A stretch of DNA of 64,000 bases from the NCBI GenBank assembly GCA_963743175.1, contig CAVUOQ010000004.1, positions 58,646-122,645 on the forward strand. The letters run 5' to 3'. The notes under the pieces are model-generated. The model searched no databases. It was not told the DNA's origin and saw nothing but the letters and a program-made list of their open reading frames with translations. The position numbers were made by a program, and so were the translations under genes. Source of the DNA: an uncultured delta proteobacterium (GTDB lineage Bacteria > Desulfobacterota > Syntrophia > Syntrophales > Fen-1087). Each line of letters begins with the position of its first letter. Position 1 is the stretch's first letter. Below, in pieces: positions 20,291 through 30,996 of the stretch.

Positions 20291-21622
20291 TTACTTTTTT
20301 TCCTTCTTTTTCCACTCATTTTTTCCTTCAATGACGCTGACTCCTTCATCAATCAGCTCCTGTACGTCTTTTCTCGTGTACCCGAGATATTTGTTCAGGA
20401 CCTCAAATGTTTCATGTCCGATGGGCTGGGCCAGCCATTTGATTCTACCGGGAGTACGGGAAAGTCTCGGTTGGGGCTGAGTTACCATCTGCTTGCCATA
20501 ATGCGGACAATCAAACTCAAAGAGGGTTTTCCTATCTTTATAGTTTTCGTCATTGACACAATCCCAAGGTGTCAAGATGCGACTGCAGGGGACACCGTGC
20601 CCCATGAACATTTTTTCCGCTTCGATTACTGTCATTTTCTTGGTCACGTCTTCGATGGCTCCGTAAATCTTTTCCTGAACCTCCATCGGCCCGAGGTCGA
20701 ACATCGATTTCAAACCCAGTTCATCAATAAGATCGCTTCGTTTCACAGCCTTCATGACATCCGTAAATAATCTCCATGCCGCCATTCCGACCCACAGCAT
20801 ACCGTCCTTGCAATGAACAAATCCGTATGGGGCTATACAGAATTCCCACGGCCCCTCAGCTAAAGGTTCATGATCTCTTTGAAGGATATGGGCCTCCATG
20901 AACCTGTAATCCAGCATGCGCATTCCGGCCTCGTTCTGAGTGACCTCGAGCATCTGTCCCTCACCTGTTTTTTTCTTGTGCCACAATGCCATCATGACAC
21001 CAATAACTCCATGATATGCTCCCGCATGGTCACAAAGCCAGAAACCAGCTTTGGTTGGCTCTCCTCCCAACTTATTACTTGTAATGGCTGCTATACCACT
21101 GGCACACTGACCGACAGGATCATACGATGGCCTATCTTTATACTTACCCCACTGGCCCCACCCACCTTCCCAGACATAGATCAGGGCAGGGTTGATTTTC
21201 TTCAAATCCCTATATCCGATACCGAGTTTTTCGAAGGTACCGGGTCTAAAGTTTTCTACAAGGATATCCACTTTCGCGACCAGTTTCTTTATGATTTCCC
21301 GAGCTTTCTCCGAATGGAGATCAAGCGAGATGTGGTGTTTATTGGTGGCGTGGTCAAGATAAGTCAGACCCGTTTCAATGCCTTGAACCGATTTGACTTT
21401 CGCGCAACCATAAGGTCCGATGTATCTGAACGCCTCTCCTCTCGGCCACTCGACCTTGATCACCTCGGCACCAAACAGGGCAAGATACTGCGGTACCTCA
21501 GGTCCCAGAATGTAGTTGGTGATGTCCAGCACCTTGATGTCATCCAATGCTTCAGGTTTTTCAAAGTGTTTTTCGGGATCAAATAGTTCTCTGCAGTACG
21601 CATCATACGGTTTATCTGGCAT
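20291..21622 (-). CDS. Family III (CaiB/BaiF) CoA-transferase
   Basis: ALDDIKVLD, FGAEVIKVE, DILVENFRPG, candidate catalytic Asp in WLCDHAG. Confidence 0.9.
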   Translation of the reverse strand: MPDKPYDAYCRELFDPEKHFEKPEALDDIKVLDITNYILGPEVPQYLALFGAEVIKVEWPRGEAFRYIGPYGCAKVKSVQGIETGLTYLDHATNKHHISLDLHSEKAREIIKKLVAKVDILVENFRPGTFEKLGIGYRDLKKINPALIYVWEGGWGQWGKYKDRPSYDPVGQCASGIAAITSNKLGGEPTKAGFWLCDHAGAYHGVIGVMMALWHKKKTGEGQMLEVTQNEAGMRMLDYRFMEAHILQRDHEPLAEGPWEFCIAPYGFVHCKDGMLWVGMAAWRLFTDVMKAVKRSDLIDELGLKSMFDLGPMEVQEKIYGAIEDVTKKMTVIEAEKMFMGHGVPCSRILTPWDCVNDENYKDRKTLFEFDCPHYGKQMVTQPQPRLSRTPGRIKWLAQPIGHETFEVLNKYLGYTRKDVQELIDEGVSVIEGKNEWKKKEKK

Positions 21623-21801
21623 ATGTATGCCCTCCTTCTCATGCAGATTAAGATTTTGTTGAGTTGATCCTTAAATGCCTATTCTGCTGCTTCCGATCAA
21701 AGCGCCAGTATCTTTATTGTAAAAAAGCCTAAAGTATTTCCCAAAATCAAGACAAAAAGAAAATTATTTGTCTCCTTTTTTTGATGTCCTTATTAGGAAG
21801 G

Positions 21802-22086
21802 GAAGCATACCGTCTCGGCAATGCCGCCTGAAATGCCCTGAACAATCCCTAAAATACTGGACAGGGTCATAAGGCGCGTGTCGGGTTGCCAAAAAATAAT
21901 AGGTCTCGGAGGGAGTTATGGCAAACTACATGCACGGTTATGCCCCTATCCAGTTTTTGGGAGTATTATTAAAACTATTTCCCTACTTCTTCACTTCTTC
22001 AGGCCATAGGTCTATGCAGTATTTCTGAACGACATCTTTTTTCGGAGGTTGCGTCAGCAGGCTCACAATAATGAAAAAAATAAACC
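21802..22086. repeat. Direct repeat copy 2 (palindromic intergenic element plus SSS 3' end)
   Basis: Matches 19933..20215. Confidence 0.9.
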
Positions 22087-23590
22087 CTATCGGTATCCAA
22101 TAGACCTGATGAGGCGTAGGAATCTTATTGGCCGGATCGCTAAGAAAGAACCAGTGCGCGCTTTTAAGAACGGCGTTTGCATAGAGCCATGCGAAGCTTG
22201 AACAGACTGTCATCACGAAAATGGTGGCGTATGCCGCCGCTTTCGTTGCTTTTTCCCACCAAATGCCCAGAATAAGTGGCGGTCCGATGGAGCAAAGGAT
22301 GACAAGGAAGGCCGCCCCGGAAATGTCGAGGACGAGAGCAGGCGGATTGATGGCTACGAGCCCACAGATAACAAGTACAACGGTAGTCATAACTTTTGTT
22401 ACCTGAACGGGCTTATTTTCCGCCCATTTGTTTCCGAACACTTTACCCATCAGATCGCGTCCCAACGTGACGTTGAGGACCATGGTCCAGCCGGCCACCG
22501 TTGACATCGAGATGGACAGACCGCCTGCAACAATGATTGCCATGAGCCACGGTGACCTAAGTGACTCAACGACTGCAAACATGGAATAGTCCGTGACCGA
22601 CGCGGCGCCGACGGCGTATGTCTTCTTCATATGCAGCAGGACACCGACGGCGTTTTTGATGCCTTCTGTTCCCATGAGCGGATGCGAGGCTTCAATCAGA
22701 GCCTTTGCAGCCGTTCCAATGATGAAAAGCCCCAGATACATGCCGCCACCGATGATAACTGCCCATGTCACGCTTCTGCGGGCCGCTTTAACATCCTGTG
22801 CGGTAAAAAAGCGCACAACGGTATACGGCATGGCTGCGAAACCATAGTGCCAGATAAAATAAAAACCGACCATCCCTGTCCACATTGCCATGAGTGGATG
22901 GGATACCTTGCCGCCGGCATGAGGTGTGTTGAAAAAGTTGGGGTTACTGGCCAGCGCCGCCTGCGTGAGTTCGTTTAAACCACCGTAATGGGTGATAATA
23001 ACGATGGCTGCAGCCAACGTCGCCACTGTCATGACCACACCCTGCAAAGCCGTTGAAAATGTCGTCGATACCATGCCGCCCCAGTAAATGTATATGAAAC
23101 AAACGCCTGCACCGATGAAAACGGCCAGTATATAGTTGATCTTGAGGATCGCAACCATGCACAGAGCCGTTCCGACGATTGATAGAATAACATAGGCAAA
23201 TCCCCCGATAATGGTCGGAATGGCCGCCGCCAGCCTCATCATCTTCGTATCATACCGGTCGGCATAGTAGTCGGTGAATGACGTGGGCGCATACTTGCGC
23301 ATGGGCGCTGCTGTCAGCAGTGTCGCGACCGGCAATCCGGCGATAACTCCGCACAATGCCCACCAGAAAGGATATGAAATCATAAAAATAAAGGCGGGCA
23401 AACCTAAAAAGGTGGCAGGGCTGAAATAAGTGGCCGCAAGCGCCGAACCGTTGATGAACGGCCCGACTTTTCGGCCGGCAACATAGTAATCAGAGGCATT
23501 CAAGCCGGCTTTTCTCGAAAACCAACCGATAGCCATGACTGCCACAAAATATAAGACCGCTCCCAATATGACAATTGGATCTGCTCCCAT
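21983..23590 (-). CDS. Sodium:solute symporter (ActP/MctC-like)
   Basis: DYYVAGRKV, AATYFSPATFLG, DYYADRY, many TM helices. Confidence 0.9.
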   Translation of the reverse strand: MGADPIVILGAVLYFVAVMAIGWFSRKAGLNASDYYVAGRKVGPFINGSALAATYFSPATFLGLPAFIFMISYPFWWALCGVIAGLPVATLLTAAPMRKYAPTSFTDYYADRYDTKMMRLAAAIPTIIGGFAYVILSIVGTALCMVAILKINYILAVFIGAGVCFIYIYWGGMVSTTFSTALQGVVMTVATLAAAIVIITHYGGLNELTQAALASNPNFFNTPHAGGKVSHPLMAMWTGMVGFYFIWHYGFAAMPYTVVRFFTAQDVKAARRSVTWAVIIGGGMYLGLFIIGTAAKALIEASHPLMGTEGIKNAVGVLLHMKKTYAVGAASVTDYSMFAVVESLRSPWLMAIIVAGGLSISMSTVAGWTMVLNVTLGRDLMGKVFGNKWAENKPVQVTKVMTTVVLVICGLVAINPPALVLDISGAAFLVILCSIGPPLILGIWWEKATKAAAYATIFVMTVCSSFAWLYANAVLKSAHWFFLSDPANKIPTPHQVYWIPIGFIFFIIVSLLTQPPKKDVVQKYCIDLWPEEVKK

Positions 23591-23611
23591 TTGAAATTCC
23601 TCCTTGCTGTA

Positions 23612-23854
23612 TCAGGATTTTTTTTCTAATTTTGCTTCTCTCTTTTCCTCCGAATAGGCATACAACCAGGCAACAAAGATAACTATCACGTAGCACGTCA
23701 TTAATGCATTGTAGATGTAGCAGGCTGGAATGCCCAGGAACATCCTCAGGGGAAAGCCCGGAATGTTCCATTCCAACATCATGAATACGAACACCCATCC
23801 ATAGGTTAACAATAATCCAACCCAAAAAACTTTTGGCATCCCTTTGAACATCAT
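23612..23854 (-). CDS. Small two-TM protein, probable SSS accessory subunit
   Basis: 80 aa with two hydrophobic segments, strong RBS, directly upstream of SSS. Confidence 0.7.
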   Translation of the reverse strand: MMFKGMPKVFWVGLLLTYGWVFVFMMLEWNIPGFPLRMFLGIPACYIYNALMTCYVIVIFVAWLYAYSEEKREAKLEKKS

Positions 23855-24057
23855 AATTACACCTCCTTACCTTAGAATCACTTTTTTCGGCTGACCGGCA
23901 TTTCCGGCGACCCGGTTTAAAGGTTGAAAACCTGCAACTCCTTTTTATTACCCATCCCGGCACCACCCCCTTTACTTTGAACTTCAAGCAGTCACGACGA
24001 ACTGCCTCTATCTTTTTTAAGAATTCTAAATCCGGGCGCAACTGCGGTGATCAATTC

Positions 24058-25215
24058 TTACTTGAGACTGTTCATGATATCTCTCGCAATGATCACTCTC
24101 TGAATCTGATTGGTCCCTTCATAAATGGAGGTGATTCTTACGTCTCTCGCGTATCTTTCTATGGGAAATTCTGCGGTGTAACCGTATCCGCCTAACATCT
24201 GGAGCGCCCGGTAGCAGGCCCTTTCTGCCGCCTCTGTTGCGTAATATTTTGCCATAGATGCCGCTCGGGCAAATTGTGTTCCCATCTCCTTTTTAAAAGC
24301 GGCGTTCATGAGAAGAAGTCTTGCGGCCTCCAGTTCCGTGTAGGATTCGGCGATCATCCACTGGATGGCTTGAAAGTTGGTAATGGCCTGATCAAACTGG
24401 ACTCTGTTTATGGCATACCGTGTAGCATAATCTATCGCAGCAAGCCCGATTCCAAGTCCGATGGATCCCACACCGATCCGGCCTCCCGCCAGCTCGCCTA
24501 CGGCTACCCTGAACCCGTCATTGAGCTTTCCCATCAGCGCATCCTTGGGAATGCGGCAATCTTCAAAATGTAGCTCATTAGTCACCGATGCATGCTGCCC
24601 CATCTTATGCTCGGCCCTGCCCACGTTCAGGCCTTGTGTGCCGTTCTCCACCAGAAAGCAGCTTATTCCTTTTCCTTTTGGCACAGTCTTGTCGGTGACG
24701 GCCCAGACGACAAATACCCCGGCATATTCGGCACTCGAGATAAATAACTTTGACCCGTTCAAAATCCATGAGTTTCCATCCAGGACCGCCTGGGTGCGCA
24801 ACGATGCCGGATCGGACCCCGCCATCGTCTCGGTCAGAGCAAATCCACCGGCATAATATTCTCCCGAACATATCTTGGGGATATATCTATTTCTTTGTTC
24901 CTCCGAGCCCACCGCCTGGATCACTTCGTTCACCATGTTATTGACGGACATGGTCACGGCCGTAGAGGCGCAGGCCCTGGCTATTTCTATCACGGCGACA
25001 CTGAAGGCCACGACGCCCGCTTCCGACCCGCCGTATTCCGCCCTGACGTTGATTCCCATCAGACCGAGCTCTGCCAGCTTGCGGAGATTTTTCAGATAGG
25101 TTTCCCTGTCACCGACCTGATCCAGTTTCGCCGCCACGGGTTCCAGTTCCGACCTGGCGAAATTCCGCGCCGTGTCCTGTATCATTCGTTGATCTTCCGT
25201 TAAATCCAGATGCAT
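24058..25215 (-). CDS. Acyl-CoA dehydrogenase
   Basis: FALTETMAGSD, LNGSKLFIS, FQAIQWMIA, QMLGGYGY, IYEGTNQIQR. Confidence 0.95.
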   Translation of the reverse strand: MHLDLTEDQRMIQDTARNFARSELEPVAAKLDQVGDRETYLKNLRKLAELGLMGINVRAEYGGSEAGVVAFSVAVIEIARACASTAVTMSVNNMVNEVIQAVGSEEQRNRYIPKICSGEYYAGGFALTETMAGSDPASLRTQAVLDGNSWILNGSKLFISSAEYAGVFVVWAVTDKTVPKGKGISCFLVENGTQGLNVGRAEHKMGQHASVTNELHFEDCRIPKDALMGKLNDGFRVAVGELAGGRIGVGSIGLGIGLAAIDYATRYAINRVQFDQAITNFQAIQWMIAESYTELEAARLLLMNAAFKKEMGTQFARAASMAKYYATEAAERACYRALQMLGGYGYTAEFPIERYARDVRITSIYEGTNQIQRVIIARDIMNSLK

Positions 25216-25236
25216 ATTATCTTCCTACCTGTCTGC

Positions 25237-26577
25237 TCAGCTTTTGGCCTGCATATAAAAATTTCGTTTCAATGCCGCTCGAAGTTCTTCTCGAACATCC
25301 GGATGGGCAATGTTAATCAGGGCCTCCGCCCTCTGACGCCTTGATTTATATCTCAAGTGCGCAACGCCGTACTCCGTCACCACATAGTCCGCGTAATGCC
25401 GGGGGATCGTTACCGGTGAACCGAGGGGCAATTCGGCAACGATGGAGGAAATGAATTTCCCTTCCTTGGATTTCCTTGACGAGTACATCAGGCTGATTCC
25501 CTTTCCCCCTTTCGAATGAAAAGCGCCCAGTTGGAAATCTAACTGTCCGCCGCTACCGCTCACCATCCGGTGACCAACGCCCTCAGAGCAGACCTGGCCG
25601 CTCAGATCGATGATGAGGCCCATATTCATGGCCACCATGTTCGGATGTTGCGCAATAAAGGCGGGACTGTTTGTGTATGAACAGGGATAAAACTCGCAGG
25701 TCGGATTCTCGTGGACATACTCATACATGCCCTGATCGCCGATACAGAAGGTGGCGGTGGTGACGCCCTTATGAAAAGGCTTCCTGGCATTTGTTACGAT
25801 TCCTTTTTCCACCAGTTGCGGAAGTCCGATGGGAAACATTTCCGTGTGGATGCCAAGATCGCGTATTCCCTCGAGCCCCGAAATCACCGCTTCGGGGATC
25901 TGCCCGATGCCCATCTGGATCGTGTCGCCGTCCTTGATCAGTTCGAGGACGTATTCCCCGACCTTCTTTTCTCTCTCGCCCGGCGCTGCCCTGCCGACAG
26001 CCGGGATTTTGGATGAGTTCTCCACAAAGAAATCAAATTCGGTAACGTGCAGCCAGTTGTTGCCGAAGATGACCGGCAGCTGGTCGTTCACTTCCCCGAT
26101 CGCGACACGCAGCTTACCGGATGCTCTGCCCTGACGCATGACCTCCATGGAATAAAAATTCGTCAGGCCGAGGTTCACCCATCCCTGTTCATTGGGCGGC
26201 GTGATCATGCAGATGTAAACATCGGACCATCTGGCGTAACGATCCCCCAAGTCATGGCTCTGCTCCACATAGAAATCAGGGAATCGGGTTTCAAGAATCT
26301 TCCGGGTCAGAGGCATGCCGAAGCAGGGGTGGTAGTTGATGTGGCCGTCCAGTTTTAACATAAAATCCGGATCGTAGAGCTTGGATGGGCGGACTTGAAC
26401 AGAATCATTGATGGTCACTTCCTTGAGCTCCGGCCATCGGTCCAGGATGCCATCGAACATCGCGGGCGAGCAGGCGCCGATGCCCAGACCAATGCCCACC
26501 ATTTCTCCGGATCTGATCTGTTTGGCTGCTTCCTCAAATGAAACCAGTTTTTTCTTATAATCCTCTTTCCAATTCAT
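25237..26577 (-). CDS. Acetyl-CoA hydrolase/4-hydroxybutyrate CoA-transferase family
   Basis: DGDTIQMGIGQIP, LGIHTEM, SGSGGQLDF, DYVVTEYGVA. Confidence 0.9.
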   Translation of the reverse strand: MNWKEDYKKKLVSFEEAAKQIRSGEMVGIGLGIGACSPAMFDGILDRWPELKEVTINDSVQVRPSKLYDPDFMLKLDGHINYHPCFGMPLTRKILETRFPDFYVEQSHDLGDRYARWSDVYICMITPPNEQGWVNLGLTNFYSMEVMRQGRASGKLRVAIGEVNDQLPVIFGNNWLHVTEFDFFVENSSKIPAVGRAAPGEREKKVGEYVLELIKDGDTIQMGIGQIPEAVISGLEGIRDLGIHTEMFPIGLPQLVEKGIVTNARKPFHKGVTTATFCIGDQGMYEYVHENPTCEFYPCSYTNSPAFIAQHPNMVAMNMGLIIDLSGQVCSEGVGHRMVSGSGGQLDFQLGAFHSKGGKGISLMYSSRKSKEGKFISSIVAELPLGSPVTIPRHYADYVVTEYGVAHLRYKSRRQRAEALINIAHPDVREELRAALKRNFYMQAKS

Positions 26578-26814
26578 CGTTGCCTCCTTGCCGGTTAAAA
26601 TAAAGGGTGAGGTCGTCTTGACTCTGTAGATCGAAAAATAGAATCGCCCCCCTGATGGAATACAATCTTCCTCCGGGCATGGTCATTCCGTCGCTAAATC
26701 TTTAATCTGGACTCGCGAGTCGCTTCCGGTAAGCTGTATGGGCCGTTAATAGGGAAAACAAGATGGAAAGACAATATTAATAGTCTTTTAATAATTATTA
26801 AGATAAAATTAATA

Positions 26815-28566
26815 TCAGGCGAGGGACGAAAGGTAGGCGTGAAGGTTGTGCTTCTTGGTCAGCCCGAGTTTGCGGCGTATGTTGTATCTGTGAATATTGA
26901 TGGCGCTTTCTGAAATATTAAGCATCTCAGCAATTTCCTTGGTGATTCTCCCCTCTTTGATAAGTCCTGCGATCTGAACCTCCCTGTTGGTCAGGTCCAC
27001 ATATTTTGAAGAGATGCGATGGGCAAACGGCGCGATAATATCCTTGAGGTTCGACTCCAGGGTGCTGAGATAGGCCGCTGTCTTTACACATCTTGACTCA
27101 TTTTTCAGCTTGTCCAGATAGGGCATGATGAGTTTCTTGATGTTTGCCAGAACCTTTTCCTCAAGATCATTCTTGTCCTGTTCTCTCTGCTTCAGCAGAA
27201 CACGCAGCGCCGCATTGAGGTCTTGCAGTTGAATGTTATTCGCCTCGAGTTCCTGTTCTCTGTATTTCAAGCTTTCTTCAACTTGTTTGCGGTCGGTGAT
27301 GTCCCGGATGGACTCGATGGCGCCCACGATGTTTCCCCTGTTGTCGAATGAAGGACTGGCTTTGCCCCACAGGTAGGCCCTTTTCCCCTTGAGGTTCGAA
27401 ATATCAACCTCCGCGAAGATCATATCTCCCTCTTTCGCGAAGACGGTGTAACGCTGCGCAACTTTCTTGTCCTGTTTGAGCATGAGATCGATAAGCAAAG
27501 GCCGGCGTTTTTTGTAAAAAGGAATGGCGTACTCGTAATTTCCCTTTCCCACCATATCTTCGGCTTTCACCCCCGTCATATCCTCTATGGCGCGGTTCCA
27601 GGCGATGACTTTTCCCGACAGATCAATAGCAAGGGTTGCGTCCGGTAGGAAATTGATGATATCCGCAAGGCGTCTCTCAGATTCGCGGAGGGCCTCCTTT
27701 GCCCTTTGCGCTCGGTGATGTCCCGTATAGATTCGATAGCCCCGATGATATCACCCTTGCTGTTATACAGGGGTTTTGCCTTACCCCACAGCACGAGTTT
27801 CTCCCCTTTGATTGGGACATCGGCCTCAGCAAGAAGAACATCGCCTTCTTTCCTGACAAAGAAATATTTCTTCTGAATCTTCTTGTCGTCTTTAAAAACC
27901 AAATCGATCAGGATCGGTCTTCTGGTCCCGTAAAAAGGAATAGCGTGTTCGTAATTTCCCTTTCCCACCATATCTTCGGCTTTCACCCCCGTCATATCCT
28001 CTATGGCACGGTTCCAGGCGATCACTTTTCCCGACAGGTCAATGGCAAAGGTTGCATCAGGCAGGAAATCTATAATGTCCGCAAGACGCTGTTCCGATTC
28101 CCGCAATTGCTCTTCGGCGATCTTGCGTTTCGTAATGTCCATCGAATTCCCGAGAATGGCCGGCTTGCCTTCATAAAAGATGGGTGCAACGAGTTCCAGG
28201 ATCCAACGAACATGCCCCGCTTTTGTCAGGATTCTGAATTCATGAGGCGATATGTGTTCACCTATCAACATCGCCCTTGCGTTTTTGCTCACCATATCCC
28301 TGTCGTCGGGATGCACGATCATATTCGCTTTCGTTCCAACCAGTTCTTCAACCCGGTACCCCGCGTATGAGGCGGCATTCGAATTCAAAAAGCGGAATCG
28401 CCCGCCCTGAACAACATAAATTCCGGCAATGGACTTTTCGGTGAGCGTTCGCAAAAACTGTTCACTCTCACCTGCGGACACTGCTTGCCCGACGGACGGA
28501 TGACAGATCTTTTTCCAGCGCTTTGTTTTTCTTTTGTAATACTTCCTCGATCGGTTTTTCAGGCAT
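26815..28566 (-). CDS. Multi-PAS, LuxR-type HTH transcriptional regulator (apparent frameshifts near 27702 and 28510)
   Basis: Three PAS/PAC domains and C-terminal LTNREVQIAGLIKEG..KEIA..HRYNIRRKLG; split over ORFs 26815..27579 and 27585..28481; the 5' start at 28566 is tentative. Confidence 0.8.
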
Positions 28567-28645
28567 ATGGATGCTCCACCGTCATGATGACTGATTTTTT
28601 TCGTGATATTTATATATATTTACATACCCATAAATGATCGTTGCG

Positions 28646-30415
28646 TTAAAGCGGATTCAATGCCCTGATATCGTACTTCTGTTTTTTACGCACCAGCGTC
28701 GAGGTGTCGATGCCGAGACTCCTCGCTGCGTCCTTCAACGTCGGCGATTCCACAAGCCGTGCCCGGATCACGGCCGCTTCGTGATATTCCATTTGCTCTC
28801 TCAAGGTTCCTTTGCCCAGACGCAGCTCGCCAAGGTCTTGCCGCTCCTTTGTGATTTCGTGCAGCATCTTGCGCTCGAACAGATTGGTGTATTCATAACT
28901 GCTGATGATCTGTTCCGGGACCGTGTCAAGCTCGATACACTCCTGACCCGACATAATCACCAGGCGTTCAATGACGTTTTTCATCTCACGGATATTGCCC
29001 GGCCAATGATAGTTCATGAAAAATTTGAGAAGCTTCGGCGCAAAATAACTGGACTTGTGGTATTTGCGATTGAAGTCATCGAGAAATAAAATGGCCAGGG
29101 GAATGATGTCGTCCTTGCGCTCACGAAGCGGCGGAATGGCGATATTGATCACATTGAGCCGATAATAGAGATCGCTGCGAAATCGCCCTTCGTTGATCAG
29201 CTTTTCCAGATTCGAATTGGTCGCCGCTATAATCCTGGCGTTGGTTTTGATGATCTTCGTGCCGCCCACACGGTAGAAAGTCTTGTCCTGGATAACGTCG
29301 AGGAGTTTCACCTGAAGATTGAGCGGCATGTCGCCGATTTCATCAAGAAACATCGTGCCGTTGTTCGCCAGTTCGAACAGGCCGACTTTGCCCTGTTTGC
29401 TGGCGTCCGTAAACGCACCGGCCTCATAACCGAACAACTCCGACTCCAGCAGGCTTCCCGGTATAGCCCCGCAATTGACTTTGATGAAAAACTGCTCGTT
29501 GCCGTCCTTGCAGACATTGTGCATGAATCGGACCAGGACGTCCTTTCCCACGCCCGTTTCGCCCAGCACCAGAACCGGCGTATCTAACGAGGCGATCTTA
29601 ATGGCCTTGTCGTATATGTTTTTCATGACCTTGCTTCGCGTCTCGGCCACATATTTATTGGACTGCTGAAATTCGATTTCCCTGAGCTGGTGTTTCAGGC
29701 TGATCGACAGCGATGTCACGTTGGCCAGTTTGTCCTTCATCGCCAACAGCTCCGTCATGTCGCGGCTCGTGCAGATGACCCGTTCGAGTTTTCCTTCGAT
29801 ATATACCGGGGCGCCGGTGATCAGGCAGCTTTTCCCTTTGTAATAATCGATGATCATAGACGCCGGTTTGCCCGTTTCGATAACCTTCATGGTACAGGAC
29901 TTTGGAATATTTCCCTTCACAACGAGTTCCCGCACCGATTTCCCCATGACTTCTTCACGTTTCATGCCGGACATTTCGAGAAAGGCATCGTTGACATACA
30001 GCGTCACCCCGTCGCCATCAGTGATGTAGCAGCCGTCATAAAGGCAATCCAGCATTCTGTCGTTGATGATCTTCTTCTTCGAGGAAATGGCGATCTGCTC
30101 CAGGATGTGATCATATTTCGAGTGATCCTGGCAGAACAGCAGATAATTCCGGGTTTTCCCGTCGTTTATCTTTATGATATCGAGAGACAGCATCTGTCCG
30201 TTTTCCATATTGACATATTGAGATGCATGGTTTCCATCATGCGGTATCTTGGGAATCGCCGGAATCAATTGATTTATGTCTTTTCCGATGAGCCAATCTT
30301 GCGATCGCTGAAGGGTGGCCGCGAGATTCTTGCCGATGGCCTTCACTGAAAATCTTTCATCGAGAACGGCGAAGCCAAAGGATAAATTATCAAGATATCC
30401 TGCTTCTATTCTCAT
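28646..30415 (-). CDS. PAS-containing sigma-54 enhancer-binding protein
   Basis: GETGVGK, ESELFGYEAGAFTDA, FLDEIG, FRSDLYYRLN, WPGNIRE, C-terminal HTH. Confidence 0.95.
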   Translation of the reverse strand: MRIEAGYLDNLSFGFAVLDERFSVKAIGKNLAATLQRSQDWLIGKDINQLIPAIPKIPHDGNHASQYVNMENGQMLSLDIIKINDGKTRNYLLFCQDHSKYDHILEQIAISSKKKIINDRMLDCLYDGCYITDGDGVTLYVNDAFLEMSGMKREEVMGKSVRELVVKGNIPKSCTMKVIETGKPASMIIDYYKGKSCLITGAPVYIEGKLERVICTSRDMTELLAMKDKLANVTSLSISLKHQLREIEFQQSNKYVAETRSKVMKNIYDKAIKIASLDTPVLVLGETGVGKDVLVRFMHNVCKDGNEQFFIKVNCGAIPGSLLESELFGYEAGAFTDASKQGKVGLFELANNGTMFLDEIGDMPLNLQVKLLDVIQDKTFYRVGGTKIIKTNARIIAATNSNLEKLINEGRFRSDLYYRLNVINIAIPPLRERKDDIIPLAILFLDDFNRKYHKSSYFAPKLLKFFMNYHWPGNIREMKNVIERLVIMSGQECIELDTVPEQIISSYEYTNLFERKMLHEITKERQDLGELRLGKGTLREQMEYHEAAVIRARLVESPTLKDAARSLGIDTSTLVRKKQKYDIRALNPL

Positions 30416-30832
30416 GGCTCTTCTCCTTGCTGTGTTGTAGTTCCAAGCATGTCATAGAGACTAAATTATCAATTTCGCCGTTTTTGAGCCTTTTCTGCTT
30501 TGAGCTGCTTTCATACCATCAAACATGCATGTTTGCAACGAGCAACATTTGTGATATGCATGCATGCAAATTGCGCTATATATTTAGTGATATCAATCTG
30601 ATAATGTCATTTCAGCGAATCCTGATCGCTGTTTGATATGCAAATCCGCATGTCTTGCAGCGTCCCCGGTCGAACTTCCCTTTCCCGATACGTTGCCGAC
30701 CAGCGATCTCCCATCCGGCGCCCCTGTGTCAATTAATATTCTTTATATTCGATAGGTTGTCAATCTGCTTGCGCCTTTTCAAAGGGCTGATTCATGGCGG
30801 CGTCATCACTGCCTGAAAAGGCTGAAAAGTAA

Positions 30833-30848
30833 TGGCATATAAACTGCA
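30833..30848 (+). promoter_or_regulatory. Sigma-54 (-24/-12) promoter of the TRAP operon
   Basis: TGGCATATAAACTGCA = GG-N10-GC, divergent from a sigma-54 activator. Confidence 0.75.
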
Positions 30849-30996
30849 AACCGTAGGTTGAGTCCTGAATTTCCACATCCCTGTCAGGGCGATCAGCAAA
30901 AGGAGGACGTTGAGGCAGGAGAATCTTCCTTCACGGGAAAAGTCGAAGGCGGTTTGGGGGCATTTTTCGTAAAATCAAACACATTGGAGGTGAGGT

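Noticed and set aside
26767-26792. AT-rich imperfect palindrome AAAGAC..GTCTTT as LuxR operator
   Set aside because: Plausible by position but too low in complexity to support without comparative data
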